Shown here: positions 31,660-40,270 of the stretch, piece by piece
Layout: each line of letters begins with the position of its first letter
Position numbering within the stretch: the first letter of the stretch is position 1
NCBI GenBank assembly: GCA_963795855.1
Contig: CAWCIZ010000002.1
Span: 160,001 to 224,000 of the forward strand
DNA: 64,000 nt
Direction of reading: 5' to 3'
Source: Vulcanimicrobiota bacterium
GTDB lineage: Bacteria; Vulcanimicrobiota; Vulcanimicrobiia; Vulcanimicrobiales; Vulcanimicrobiaceae
The notes under the pieces: model-generated
The model's input: the letters and a program-made list of their open reading frames with translations, nothing else
Database searches by the model: none
Told to the model about the DNA's origin: nothing
Made by a program: the position numbers and the translations under genes

Positions 31660-31714
31660 GCCACCTGTATGGCATCTTCACGCCCGGCCCACCCCGGCAG
31701 CACTACTTTGCGCG

Positions 31715-32701
31715 TTAGGCGCTGGAAGCGCGGTGTTCCGCGGGCTGCTTCTGCTTGCGCGTCCCGCTGAAAAGGCTCAACATCGAATCCACCACGACCG
31801 GATCCCACTGGGTTCCGCGTCCGTCCCGAAGAATTTCCAGCGCGCGGCGGGGCGCGATTGCCTTGCGGTACGGACGGTCGCTGATCATTGCGTGGAACGC
31901 GTCGGCCACGGCGACGACTCGCGCTTCGAACGGAATGTTGTCACCCGCGAGCGCGTCGGGATAACCGGCGCCGTCCCAGCGCTCGTGATGCGCGCGAACG
32001 ACGACGGCGCAACGCGCCAGCGTGGGAATCTGGTCGAGAATCCGTTCGCCGGCCGCGCAATGTTCCCGCATGACGTCCCACTCCGCGGAACTCAGCGCGC
32101 CCGGTTTGAAGAGGATGCTGTCCGGCGTCGAGATTTTGCCGATGTCGTGCAGCAGCGCGCACTGCTCGATGAAATCCGTCAGTTCTTTCGAGAGGCCCAT
32201 CGCCGCGCAGAGCCGGCGCGCCCATTCACCGGTGGCCTTGGAGTGACAGCAAGTCTGCGAATCGCGCTCGCCGAGCATCGCGAGCAGTGCCTCCGTCGTT
32301 CCGGAGTGCGCCGACCGCGGTTCGCAGCCGTCACCCCCCAAGGCGGAGAGCGCCGATTGGATTTCGGCCTTCAGCACCTCCAGAAAGGCGAGAAGCCTGC
32401 CGTGATCGATCGGAAATCCGCTGACTTCGCTCGCGATGACGTGCGCGGCAGCGTTTGCCACTTCCATCGTGCGCGAAGCGCCGAGGCGGCGGCCTTCACG
32501 TACGGCCCACGTGGCCAGTCCGACCGGTTTGGAAAGCTGAATCGACAAGCAGAGCCTGTCGAGGATGAGTTCTATCGATGAATCAAGGGCGGGGTCCCCG
32601 AAAAGCGCCGGATCCTGAACGTGCTCGACGACCTGAGGGGTCAGAGCGCGAAGATTACCCGAGATCGCCGATGCCGCCGCCGGCAACGTATGCACGTCCA
32701 T
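31715..32701 (-). CDS. HD-GYP c-di-GMP phosphodiesterase with helical N-terminal domain
   Basis: LLHDIGKI, HHERWDGAGYP, ADAFHAMISDRPYR. Confidence 0.92.
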   Translation of the reverse strand: MDVHTLPAAASAISGNLRALTPQVVEHVQDPALFGDPALDSSIELILDRLCLSIQLSKPVGLATWAVREGRRLGASRTMEVANAAAHVIASEVSGFPIDHGRLLAFLEVLKAEIQSALSALGGDGCEPRSAHSGTTEALLAMLGERDSQTCCHSKATGEWARRLCAAMGLSKELTDFIEQCALLHDIGKISTPDSILFKPGALSSAEWDVMREHCAAGERILDQIPTLARCAVVVRAHHERWDGAGYPDALAGDNIPFEARVVAVADAFHAMISDRPYRKAIAPRRALEILRDGRGTQWDPVVVDSMLSLFSGTRKQKQPAEHRASSA

Positions 32702-32736
32702 GTTTTTTAGCAGCCAGTGCGGGAGAGAAGCGCGGC

Positions 32737-32814
32737 TTACTGAATCGGCGTCGGCGGCGAAACGCAGGCGACGATGACGGCGACGGAAGCGGCAACGACG
32801 AATGCAGTCAGCAT
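32737..32814 (-). CDS. Small hydrophobic peptide, 25 aa (MLTAFVVAASVAVIVACVSPPTPIQ); not in ORF track
   Basis: ATG...TAA ORF, GAGGA RBS 10 nt upstream, TACTTT -10 just above, signal-peptide-like core with lipobox-like IVAC. Confidence 0.6.
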   Translation of the reverse strand: MLTAFVVAASVAVIVACVSPPTPIQ

Positions 32815-32835
32815 GAAAAAAAGTTCCTCGTAGTA

Positions 32836-32900
32836 AAAGTACGGTGGTTACCACGAGCATAGGCCGAATGGGCCAGCCGGTCTCTACCCATCTTTAGTTA
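32836..32900 (-). promoter_or_regulatory. Putative promoter of peptide/HD-GYP unit with NarL/LuxR-type 7-2-7 site
   Basis: -10 TACTTT (32836-32841); palindrome GTGGT-T-ACCAC (32844-32854); TACCCAT-CT-TTAGTTA (32885-32900). Confidence 0.5.
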
Positions 32901-32918
32901 TGCCGTTTCGCTGGCTCG

Positions 32919-35546
32919 CTATCCCAGCAACCCCTGCTTACGCGCAAGGGTAAGCGCCTCATTGCGACCGCTGCACCCGAGCTTTCGGATGACGTTCTTG
33001 ATGTGCACCTGGACGGTGTAGACACTGCGTCCCGTCTCGAGCGCAATGTCCTTGGGGCCCCGTCCTTCCGCGAGGGCGCGCAGCACGGACAGCTCCGACT
33101 TGGTCAGCATCGTAGTGACGACTTCCTCGGCGACTACCCGCCGTTCAACGGCGCCGCCGAGCAGTTTGGCGATGCCGCCATATCCCATCGTCTGTACTAA
33201 TTGAAGCCGCTCGAACACTTCGTCGCGAAGCGCCGGGTTTTTCACCGCGCGCAGCAGCATTGTGACGGCTTCTCGCAATGCCTCGCACACCGGTGCCTCC
33301 CCCGTCACGCGCTGCAAAATGCGCGACGCATTGGTGACGCGTCCCGCCAGCGCCTCGGTGGCCGCGCACAGCAGCCGCGCCAGATCCATGTGACGGCGCG
33401 CGTGCAGGAACGTCGCCGATTCTTCGCACGTGAGGTCGAGCGCTTGCGCGATCAGCGCGAGGCCGCGTTCGCGTTGGCCGTCGACCACGAGCAGCAGTCC
33501 GCAAGCCGCCGACATATACGCCTGGTTCCAAGCGTAGACGATGCGATCGAGGACGCTGAACAGCATGCGGTGCGCGTCGTCGAAACGTCCGTCCCAGGCC
33601 GACATCAACGCGCGCGTGGGAATGACGAGCGCCATTCTCGTGACGTCGGACGTGGCCGTTTCCGCGAATTGACGTTCGAGCGCCAAGAGCCGTTCCGCGT
33701 TGCCGCGCGTCGACTCGACCGTGATCAGCTGCAAGACCGCGGTTTGCAGCGCGAGACGATCGCCCGCTTTGGTCGCGGCGGTCATCGCCTGCTGCGCGTA
33801 CCACGCCGATCGCGTCATGTCGTCTTCGTAAAAGAGCACCAAGTTCGCCAGTGCTCCATATGCGCGCGCCGCCGCACCGTACATCAGGCTGTCCGAAGCG
33901 AGCGTCACCGAACGCGTCAAATACTGCTGAGCGATCGCAGCCGGCATTCCGAGCTGCATCGCCGCTGCGCCGAGGCGGTGCCAAATCTTCACACGCTCGC
34001 CGACCTCGTCGGTTTCACCGGCGAACGCTTCCGCCTCTTCGATGGCGGACTTCGCCGCCGCCTCGCGATTGGCGTTCGCGTATGCGACCGCGAGCAGGCT
34101 GACGATGTCGGCGCGCAGATTTCCCGGCAACTCTTCGCCGAGCAGCGGTTCGAGCAGCGTGACGACGTCGCGGCCCAAATTGATCGAGATCAGCGCGAGC
34201 CGCACGGCCAGCGAGGCGCGCAACTCCGCGTCTTCGCAACGCGCGAGCGCTCTGTTGAGCAGCGATTCGGCGCGATCGTAGCGGCCGGCGTGCGCTTCGC
34301 CCAGGCCGCGCATGCCGAGCACGATCGGATGCGTCGCGCGCAAATCCTGCGGCAGCACGTCGAGCGCCGCATGCACCGCGTCCGCATGCCCCTGTTCCAT
34401 TAGCAGGAACCCCGACGTTTCCAAGATCCGCAGCACGTCGCGGCTTGAAGAGGCTTGCGCGTAGACGTTCAGCGCGTAGGCGAGCTGACCGGCCTTTTCC
34501 AGCGCCGCGCCGGCCGCCCGAGCCGTGCGTTCCGCCGCGAATTCACCCTCGAGTTCGACTTGGTGCTGCAGAAAGTCGCGGAACAAGTCGTGGCAGCGAT
34601 AAATGCCCGGGCGTTCGGGATAGATGAAGGCGACGCGATCGCGCAGCGCTTCGATCAGCGCCTTTGCTTTGGCGTAGCCGGCGACCCGCAGCACTTCCAC
34701 GTCGATCTCCGGCAAATAGCCGATGAAATGCAGCAGATCGCGCTCCTCGTCGTCGAGCGATTGATACACCTGCTCCGCCAGGTAGCGGTACACCATTTCG
34801 CGCGTGTTCGCGGCGATATTTCGCAGGTCGATCGATCGCGTCGAGGTTCGCAGCGCAAAGCTGAGCGCAGTCGGCCAGCCTTCCGTCATCGACAGAATTT
34901 CCGCGAGTTCGTCGTCGTGCACGCCGACGCGGGACGCCTTCGCGGCTTCGCGCGCTTCTTCTATCGTGAAACGCAGATCCTGTTCGTCGATGTTCAGGTC
35001 CATCTCGCCGTACGCCAGCCACGAGCCGACCGGCAGATCGAGCGACGAACGCGACGCGATGATCCAGTTGGACCGGCCTTTGGTGCGATCGATCAGCGAG
35101 ACGAGAAATTTGGAAATTTCCGGGTCGTTTTCGGCGATGTGCAGATCGTCGATCGCGATGACGCCCGTGAACGTTTTGATGTGCGCGTGCATCCACATCG
35201 CGAGATCCAAGCCCGGCGTTTTCGACGAGCGGCTCTTCTCGTATGCTCCGGACACAGTTTTGCGCGCCGCGGGCGCGATGTCGGTCACCGCTTCGGCAAA
35301 GCCGCGAACGAATCCGAGCAGCGTGCCGTTCTCGGCGCGCACGTCGTAGCGCGCGTGCGCCACGCCGCGCAGTGTCTCCAAATAATGACGCAGCGCGACC
35401 GATTTGCCGTAGCCGGCGGGAGCAACTATCAAAACAATCCGCTGCGTTGCAGCGGACGCGATGCGATCCACGATTCTCGGGCGCAGAACCGGAGTGAACG
35501 CTCCACCGGTCTCGATTCTGCCGTCCGCGGCTACCGGGCGGATCAT
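32919..35546 (-). CDS. MalT-like STAND ATPase / helical-repeat / LuxR-HTH transcriptional regulator
   Basis: APAGYGKS P-loop, IDDLH, TEGWP, YLAEQV, long Ala/Leu helical region, LTKSE..VL..LAEG...TV..HIKNV.RKLG. Confidence 0.9.
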   Translation of the reverse strand: MIRPVAADGRIETGGAFTPVLRPRIVDRIASAATQRIVLIVAPAGYGKSVALRHYLETLRGVAHARYDVRAENGTLLGFVRGFAEAVTDIAPAARKTVSGAYEKSRSSKTPGLDLAMWMHAHIKTFTGVIAIDDLHIAENDPEISKFLVSLIDRTKGRSNWIIASRSSLDLPVGSWLAYGEMDLNIDEQDLRFTIEEAREAAKASRVGVHDDELAEILSMTEGWPTALSFALRTSTRSIDLRNIAANTREMVYRYLAEQVYQSLDDEERDLLHFIGYLPEIDVEVLRVAGYAKAKALIEALRDRVAFIYPERPGIYRCHDLFRDFLQHQVELEGEFAAERTARAAGAALEKAGQLAYALNVYAQASSSRDVLRILETSGFLLMEQGHADAVHAALDVLPQDLRATHPIVLGMRGLGEAHAGRYDRAESLLNRALARCEDAELRASLAVRLALISINLGRDVVTLLEPLLGEELPGNLRADIVSLLAVAYANANREAAAKSAIEEAEAFAGETDEVGERVKIWHRLGAAAMQLGMPAAIAQQYLTRSVTLASDSLMYGAAARAYGALANLVLFYEDDMTRSAWYAQQAMTAATKAGDRLALQTAVLQLITVESTRGNAERLLALERQFAETATSDVTRMALVIPTRALMSAWDGRFDDAHRMLFSVLDRIVYAWNQAYMSAACGLLLVVDGQRERGLALIAQALDLTCEESATFLHARRHMDLARLLCAATEALAGRVTNASRILQRVTGEAPVCEALREAVTMLLRAVKNPALRDEVFERLQLVQTMGYGGIAKLLGGAVERRVVAEEVVTTMLTKSELSVLRALAEGRGPKDIALETGRSVYTVQVHIKNVIRKLGCSGRNEALTLARKQGLLG

Positions 35547-35597
35547 TGCGTTAGGGCCTTAGCCTTGTGCGGAGGTCTGTCCTTTTCCACCCCGCCT

Positions 35598-35930
35598 TCA
35601 GGCGTGGAGATCGAGCGGCGGCTGGTACTCTTGCATACCCTCGTAGTAGCCCAACAGGTGCTCCTCGAGCTTGAGCATCGCGAGCTGTTTGTCGAGGCGC
35701 CGGTACTCGTCGCCGTACAAGCGCCGGAAAGCATCGAAGTCGGCTTTCGTTTCCCAGACGTCGACCGTCACGTAGACGTCGGCTTGTTCCTTGTGGCGAA
35801 AGAGTCGCGTTCGCTTGAAGCCGGGATGGCGCGCGAACAGCTTCGCCCATGGACCCGTCGAGCCATATGCGTGCTCGAATGCGCGCACCTGCGCGGGGTG
35901 AACGCGATACCGGTAAAAAATTTCGACCAT
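35598..35930 (-). CDS. ABM (antibiotic biosynthesis monooxygenase)-like small protein
   Basis: YRV.P....AFE.AY...W..LF.RHPGF..TRL...YVTVDVWET. Confidence 0.75.
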   Translation of the reverse strand: MVEIFYRYRVHPAQVRAFEHAYGSTGPWAKLFARHPGFKRTRLFRHKEQADVYVTVDVWETKADFDAFRRLYGDEYRRLDKQLAMLKLEEHLLGYYEGMQEYQPPLDLHA

Positions 35931-36008
35931 CAGCGTATTTGTGCCACCCGTATGTCATTATCGGCAAGTACGCTCGGGGCACGTCGTTCGTAAAGAAAGG
36001 GTGTGTTT

Positions 36009-36317
36009 ATGACCATCGACGCCACTATCGCCAAAATGGAATCGATCTGCGACCGCTTCGAGTCCGCGCTCGCCGATCTCACGCAGCCGCGCGAGAAACG
36101 TCCCAACCCGTACGCCGCGCTCCGGGAACAGTATCCCAACGCGGGAAAACCGTGGCGCGCGCAAGACGACGAAGAGTTGCGCCGGCTCTTCGAAAGCGGC
36201 AATTCCACCGCGGATCTCGCGCTGACCTTTGCGCGCACGCCGAACGGCATTCGAGTGCGGCTCGAGCGGCTCGGCCTGATCGACGCTCAGCGATCGCCCG
36301 CCCCTCCCGCGTCGTAA
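36009..36317 (+). CDS. Small protein with C-terminal HTH/Myb-like motif
   Basis: AAAGG RBS; NAGKPW...DDEELRRLF..G.....LA..FART.NGIR.RL.RLGL. Confidence 0.75.
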   Translation: MTIDATIAKMESICDRFESALADLTQPREKRPNPYAALREQYPNAGKPWRAQDDEELRRLFESGNSTADLALTFARTPNGIRVRLERLGLIDAQRSPAPPAS

Positions 36318-36610
36318 TCCGAACGCTTCTGTGCAACGTCTTCTTTATCGAACACCGGCTGCCAAGTTTGCGCGCCGTCGATCGTTTTCCAGACGCCTCC
36401 GCCCGCCGCACCCGCGTAGTAGAGCGAGCTGTCGGCATCGGTACCGGTTACCGCGCCGACGCGACCACCCGACACCTGCGGTCCGATGTTACGAAAGCGA
36501 AGTTGGTCGAATACGCCCGGTGTGGGTGCCTCTTTTGCGGCATACGCGGCGGACGGTCCGCACGCGAGCAGAGCGACGATAGAAAAAGCGGCAAGCGACG
36601 CATGCCGCAT
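36287..36610 (-). pseudogene. 5' fragment of a secreted sortilin/BNR-repeat glycosyl hydrolase
   Basis: Signal peptide + LRFRNIGP..SGGRV.AV.G......YYAGAAGGGVWKT.DG..TW.PVFD, then ends after about 107 codons. Confidence 0.8.
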
Positions 36611-36614
36611 GGTT

Positions 36615-37202
36615 TTATGGCGCGCCGTCGCTCGCCTTTGCCGATTGCCGTATGAGCCGATCGACGAACTCTGCGATGAAATCGCCTTCCCACGCAAGGC
36701 GCGGCTGCAGCCACGCGCGCTGCGCGGGACAGGTGAGTTCACCCAGTTCGAGCACGAGGCCCGCGTCCTGCGTTTGCACCTGACGGAACCCGTAATAGTC
36801 GCTCAAATTGCGCGTGAAGTTGTCCGGTTTGAATTGAAACGGAAATACCGCGCCGTACATTTTGCGCCAGAGTTCGGCGCCCGCCTTCGATGAATCCACA
36901 TGATAGCCGATGGAAGCGCCGCTCGTGCACGGCTTGTCGATCCCGTCGAAATGGATGAAGATAGCGGTCTTCACCTCAAACTCCCCGTCAAAATCGGCCG
37001 GCTCGCGAGCGACGGAGTACCCCATCTCGCGCAGCTTGCGCGTTGCTTCATCTGCGACGATAGGCGTCCACGCGCGTTCGCCCTGTGCTCCCAAATTACA
37101 GTGGTGCTTCGGAAAGCGCGCGCAGCTTTCCGGACGTCCTTCGTGGCCGGCGGAAATGAGGACGTCGTAGTGAAGTACCGCGGCGAGGAGCACGTGCAGC
37201 AT
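36615..37202 (-). CDS. N-acetylmuramoyl-L-alanine amidase-like (Amidase_3) zinc hydrolase
   Basis: VLISAGH, GE, IFIHFD, LVLELG motif order. Confidence 0.75.
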   Translation of the reverse strand: MLHVLLAAVLHYDVLISAGHEGRPESCARFPKHHCNLGAQGERAWTPIVADEATRKLREMGYSVAREPADFDGEFEVKTAIFIHFDGIDKPCTSGASIGYHVDSSKAGAELWRKMYGAVFPFQFKPDNFTRNLSDYYGFRQVQTQDAGLVLELGELTCPAQRAWLQPRLAWEGDFIAEFVDRLIRQSAKASDGAP

Positions 37203-37212
37203 CGACGCTTAT

Positions 37213-40071
37213 CTACACGGCGCCGACGAGACGTTTGATAGCCTCGGAAGGCTCGCACTGCAGTTCGGCAAGCAGCGTATCGCGGTACTGGCGGTATTGA
37301 CGCATCGCGGCGGCGCGATCGCCGCCGGCCAAGTGCGCGGTAATTGCGATCTGCCGCGCCGCTTCATCGCACGGATCGTACCCGATCATCTCTTCGGCGA
37401 GTTCGAGCGCGCGCCGCGTATTGCCGTGGCTGAGCGCGTCGTTTGCGAGCCGGTGCGCGAGCTCGAGGCGCAGTTCGCTGATTCGGCGTTCCGTCGGCTC
37501 GAACCATTCCCACTGCGTCATGCGCTCCGGCCTGCGCGCGCGCAGTTTCGCGTACACCGTCTCGAGCAGCGTTCGCTCCGAATCCGCGAGCGCGGGGCGC
37601 GCGCGGAGGACGCCGACGAACCGATCGATCTCCCAGAGATCGACCCGAACGTCGTCGTGCAAAGCGTATCCGTCCTTGCCGCGCAGGATCGCTTGGTCGT
37701 TGCCCAGATGTTGGCGCAGCCGATGCAGGCACACCGAGAGCGCGTTACGCGCGGCGTATTCATCGAGTTCGGGCCACAGCAAGTCGGCCAGCCGCGCGCG
37801 CGGAACGGTTTCGCGGCGCAGCGAAAGCGCGACCAGCAGTGCGAGTTCCCGTTCGGAAAGCGAGATCGCGCGTCCGGCGCACCGCACGGTACCATCCGTG
37901 AGTCCAATCTCGAGCAGCGGCACGCGTTCGATGCGCTCGCGCTGCAACCGTCCCATGAACGCGTTGAGCATGCCGGAATGGGATTGCCGCGACGCGATCG
38001 CTTCGACCGCGTTCATAAACGCCGGCGTGCCGCACCGGTGCGCCGCATCGATCGCGCCGCGCATGTGTTCGTCGAAGTGCACGTCGTCAAACGTCGCCAG
38101 GGCGATCAGTGCTAGGGCCTCGATGAACGGCGCGCGATACTGCTGGGACGCCGTGACGGCGGCGCGCGCATGTTTGACGGCTTGTGCGGTCTGCGTCGCC
38201 GACGCCGCCGCCACGATCCGGCCGCACGCGACCCATTTCAGCAAATCGGCATCGGCGGGTTCCTCGGTGCGGCCGCGCGCAACCGCGGCAAAATATGCAA
38301 AACCGCGCACGCCGTTTCGCTGCACCACTTCGTCGAGCTCCGCACCGTAGCGAACGAACGCTACGTCATCGCCGGAAAGCCATGCGCCGAAGGCGCCTTC
38401 GGCAAGATCGAATGCGACGAAGTTGTACAGACCCGATCGCCGCGCGCTCTCCAGCGCGCGATCGATGAACTGCCGCGCGAGCGTGAATTCGCCGCGAATG
38501 CGCGAGACGTCCGCACCAAGCGCAAGCAGCGTTCCGGACGCCATGATGTCCATGCCGCCCACCAGCGGAAGCGCGATCGTGAGATCGCGTTCTGCGCGGT
38601 CCACGCGCCCGATGCGCGCGCGCATGATGCCGAGCAAGTAAAACAAATAACCTTCGAACGCGTTCTTCGGTTCGTCGCCCACGCCGTTCTCTGCCGCGAA
38701 CCGTTCGAGCATCTCCTCCGCTTCCTCGAGCAGCCCGATGTAACTCATAAAGAGCACGCGGAAAACCAGAATATAGTAGCGTTCGAGAAGCGTCACGTCG
38801 GGCGAAAGCGTGCGCCACAGCGACTCCGCTTCGTCGAGCAGTTCTTCCGTGTCGATGCAGAACATGCGCAGCAGTGCAGTCACCGCCCACAAGCGTGGAT
38901 AGCGCTGCACGAGCGTCCGATCGAGTGAAGCGAGGATGCGCGCGTATTGCATGGACGGCGCGTGATCGCGAATCACTTCGTGCTGGCCGAGCGCGTAAGC
39001 CGCGGAGCCTTGATCGCCGCGCGCCAAGTGCAGTTCCGCGGCGCGCTGGTAGCGCTTCTCACTTGCGTGCACTTCCGCCGCGCGCGTGAGCACCTCGCTG
39101 CGCCGGTCGTCGTGATGCTCGACGAGCAGCGATGCGAGCAGCGGATGCATCTGAAACGTGCCGTCTGATGCGCGCGAGACGAAGGGCGACTCCTTCGAAA
39201 AGTCGGCGAGCGCGCGAACCGCGGCATCGTCGGTCATGGCCGCCTGCAGATCTTCCACTTTGGCATTCGGGATGCAAGCGCACACGAAGAGCGCCTGAAC
39301 CAAGCTCGGATCGAGCGAGGCAAGGACCTGGTCGGCGAGATAATCGTGCAGTTCCTCGAACGCGATGTCGTCGAGCGACTCGAGCAGCGTTTCGATGCGG
39401 CCTTCCGTCGCGAATCTTTTTAAAAGGAAGACCGCAATAGGCCAGCCTTGAGACAGTTGCGTGATGCGTCCCAGCATCGCCGGGTCGTCGGCGTTCTCTT
39501 CGAAGAGCGCGGCGATTTCCGAGCGGTTGAACGCGAGATCTTCGGCGCGGAGCGTGAGAATCTCGTGCGGCGGCGCGAAGCGGGTCAAGTGAACGCGCAG
39601 GCTCTCGCGCGAGCAAATGACGATGACGCGGCTTTCCGGCCGCTGCGTCAGAAGGCGCGCAAAAAAATCGCGCGCAGACGGGTTGCGCGCGATGTGCTCG
39701 GCGTTTTCGAAGACGAATGTGGTGTCCGAGACGTCGCTCTTCCAGGCTTCCAGCGCCAGATTGACGCGCTCGGCAACGCTGGTGCCGCCGTCGCCCAGCA
39801 TCAGTTCCCGCTGGGTGAGGGTTTGGGTACGGGACGGGGTCTCGGCCGCGAGCGCGGGGATTAGGCGGCGGGCCAGGTCCAAATCGTCGAGCACCCCGGA
39901 GGCGTCGCAGATGGCCGACCCGGCACGCCCGGCGATGAGTTGGCGAGCCAGCGTCGACTTCCCGAAGCCGGCCGGAGCAATGAGCGCGAGGATCCGCGGC
40001 TGCACCCGGCCGAGCCGGTCGAGCAGCGAATCACGCCGGATCTCATGGAGTCCGCCGGTGACGATGGCCAT
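37213..40071 (-). CDS. MalT-like STAND regulator with C-terminal winged-helix + BTAD domain
   Basis: APAGFGKS, SQGWP, YLADQV; LADLLWPE...ARNALSVCLHRLRQ.LG; DPCDE...AMRQY..YR..L..EL..EPS. Confidence 0.9.
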   Translation of the reverse strand: MAIVTGGLHEIRRDSLLDRLGRVQPRILALIAPAGFGKSTLARQLIAGRAGSAICDASGVLDDLDLARRLIPALAAETPSRTQTLTQRELMLGDGGTSVAERVNLALEAWKSDVSDTTFVFENAEHIARNPSARDFFARLLTQRPESRVIVICSRESLRVHLTRFAPPHEILTLRAEDLAFNRSEIAALFEENADDPAMLGRITQLSQGWPIAVFLLKRFATEGRIETLLESLDDIAFEELHDYLADQVLASLDPSLVQALFVCACIPNAKVEDLQAAMTDDAAVRALADFSKESPFVSRASDGTFQMHPLLASLLVEHHDDRRSEVLTRAAEVHASEKRYQRAAELHLARGDQGSAAYALGQHEVIRDHAPSMQYARILASLDRTLVQRYPRLWAVTALLRMFCIDTEELLDEAESLWRTLSPDVTLLERYYILVFRVLFMSYIGLLEEAEEMLERFAAENGVGDEPKNAFEGYLFYLLGIMRARIGRVDRAERDLTIALPLVGGMDIMASGTLLALGADVSRIRGEFTLARQFIDRALESARRSGLYNFVAFDLAEGAFGAWLSGDDVAFVRYGAELDEVVQRNGVRGFAYFAAVARGRTEEPADADLLKWVACGRIVAAASATQTAQAVKHARAAVTASQQYRAPFIEALALIALATFDDVHFDEHMRGAIDAAHRCGTPAFMNAVEAIASRQSHSGMLNAFMGRLQRERIERVPLLEIGLTDGTVRCAGRAISLSERELALLVALSLRRETVPRARLADLLWPELDEYAARNALSVCLHRLRQHLGNDQAILRGKDGYALHDDVRVDLWEIDRFVGVLRARPALADSERTLLETVYAKLRARRPERMTQWEWFEPTERRISELRLELAHRLANDALSHGNTRRALELAEEMIGYDPCDEAARQIAITAHLAGGDRAAAMRQYRQYRDTLLAELQCEPSEAIKRLVGAV

Positions 40072-40123
40072 TGGCTTCTAGTACGACGTTCCCAACCTTC
40101 CTACTTCTCTCGGAGTGTTGCGG

Positions 40124-40212
40124 TTGTAAGCAGTTTGTAATCCGGGAGAAATGGTTCGTAAGACCTAGGAAAATTCGATCCGGTACTCTTGTCCCATGCC
40201 TCGCCGGGACAA
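40124..40212. promoter_or_regulatory. Divergent regulatory region with direct and inverted repeats
   Basis: TTGTAA at 40124 and 40135 (11-bp period); TTGTCCC-N10-GGGACAA at 40189-40212. Confidence 0.5.
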
Positions 40213-40270
40213 CTTTCTGGAACGGGGCTCAGAGCCGTTACTCCAAACCGCTCTCAAGGGGAGACAAGGG

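Noticed and set aside
32702..32860. Arg-rich N-terminal extension of HD-GYP in the ORF track
   Set aside because: Looks like an off-frame reading; the RBS points to the 25-aa ORF instead
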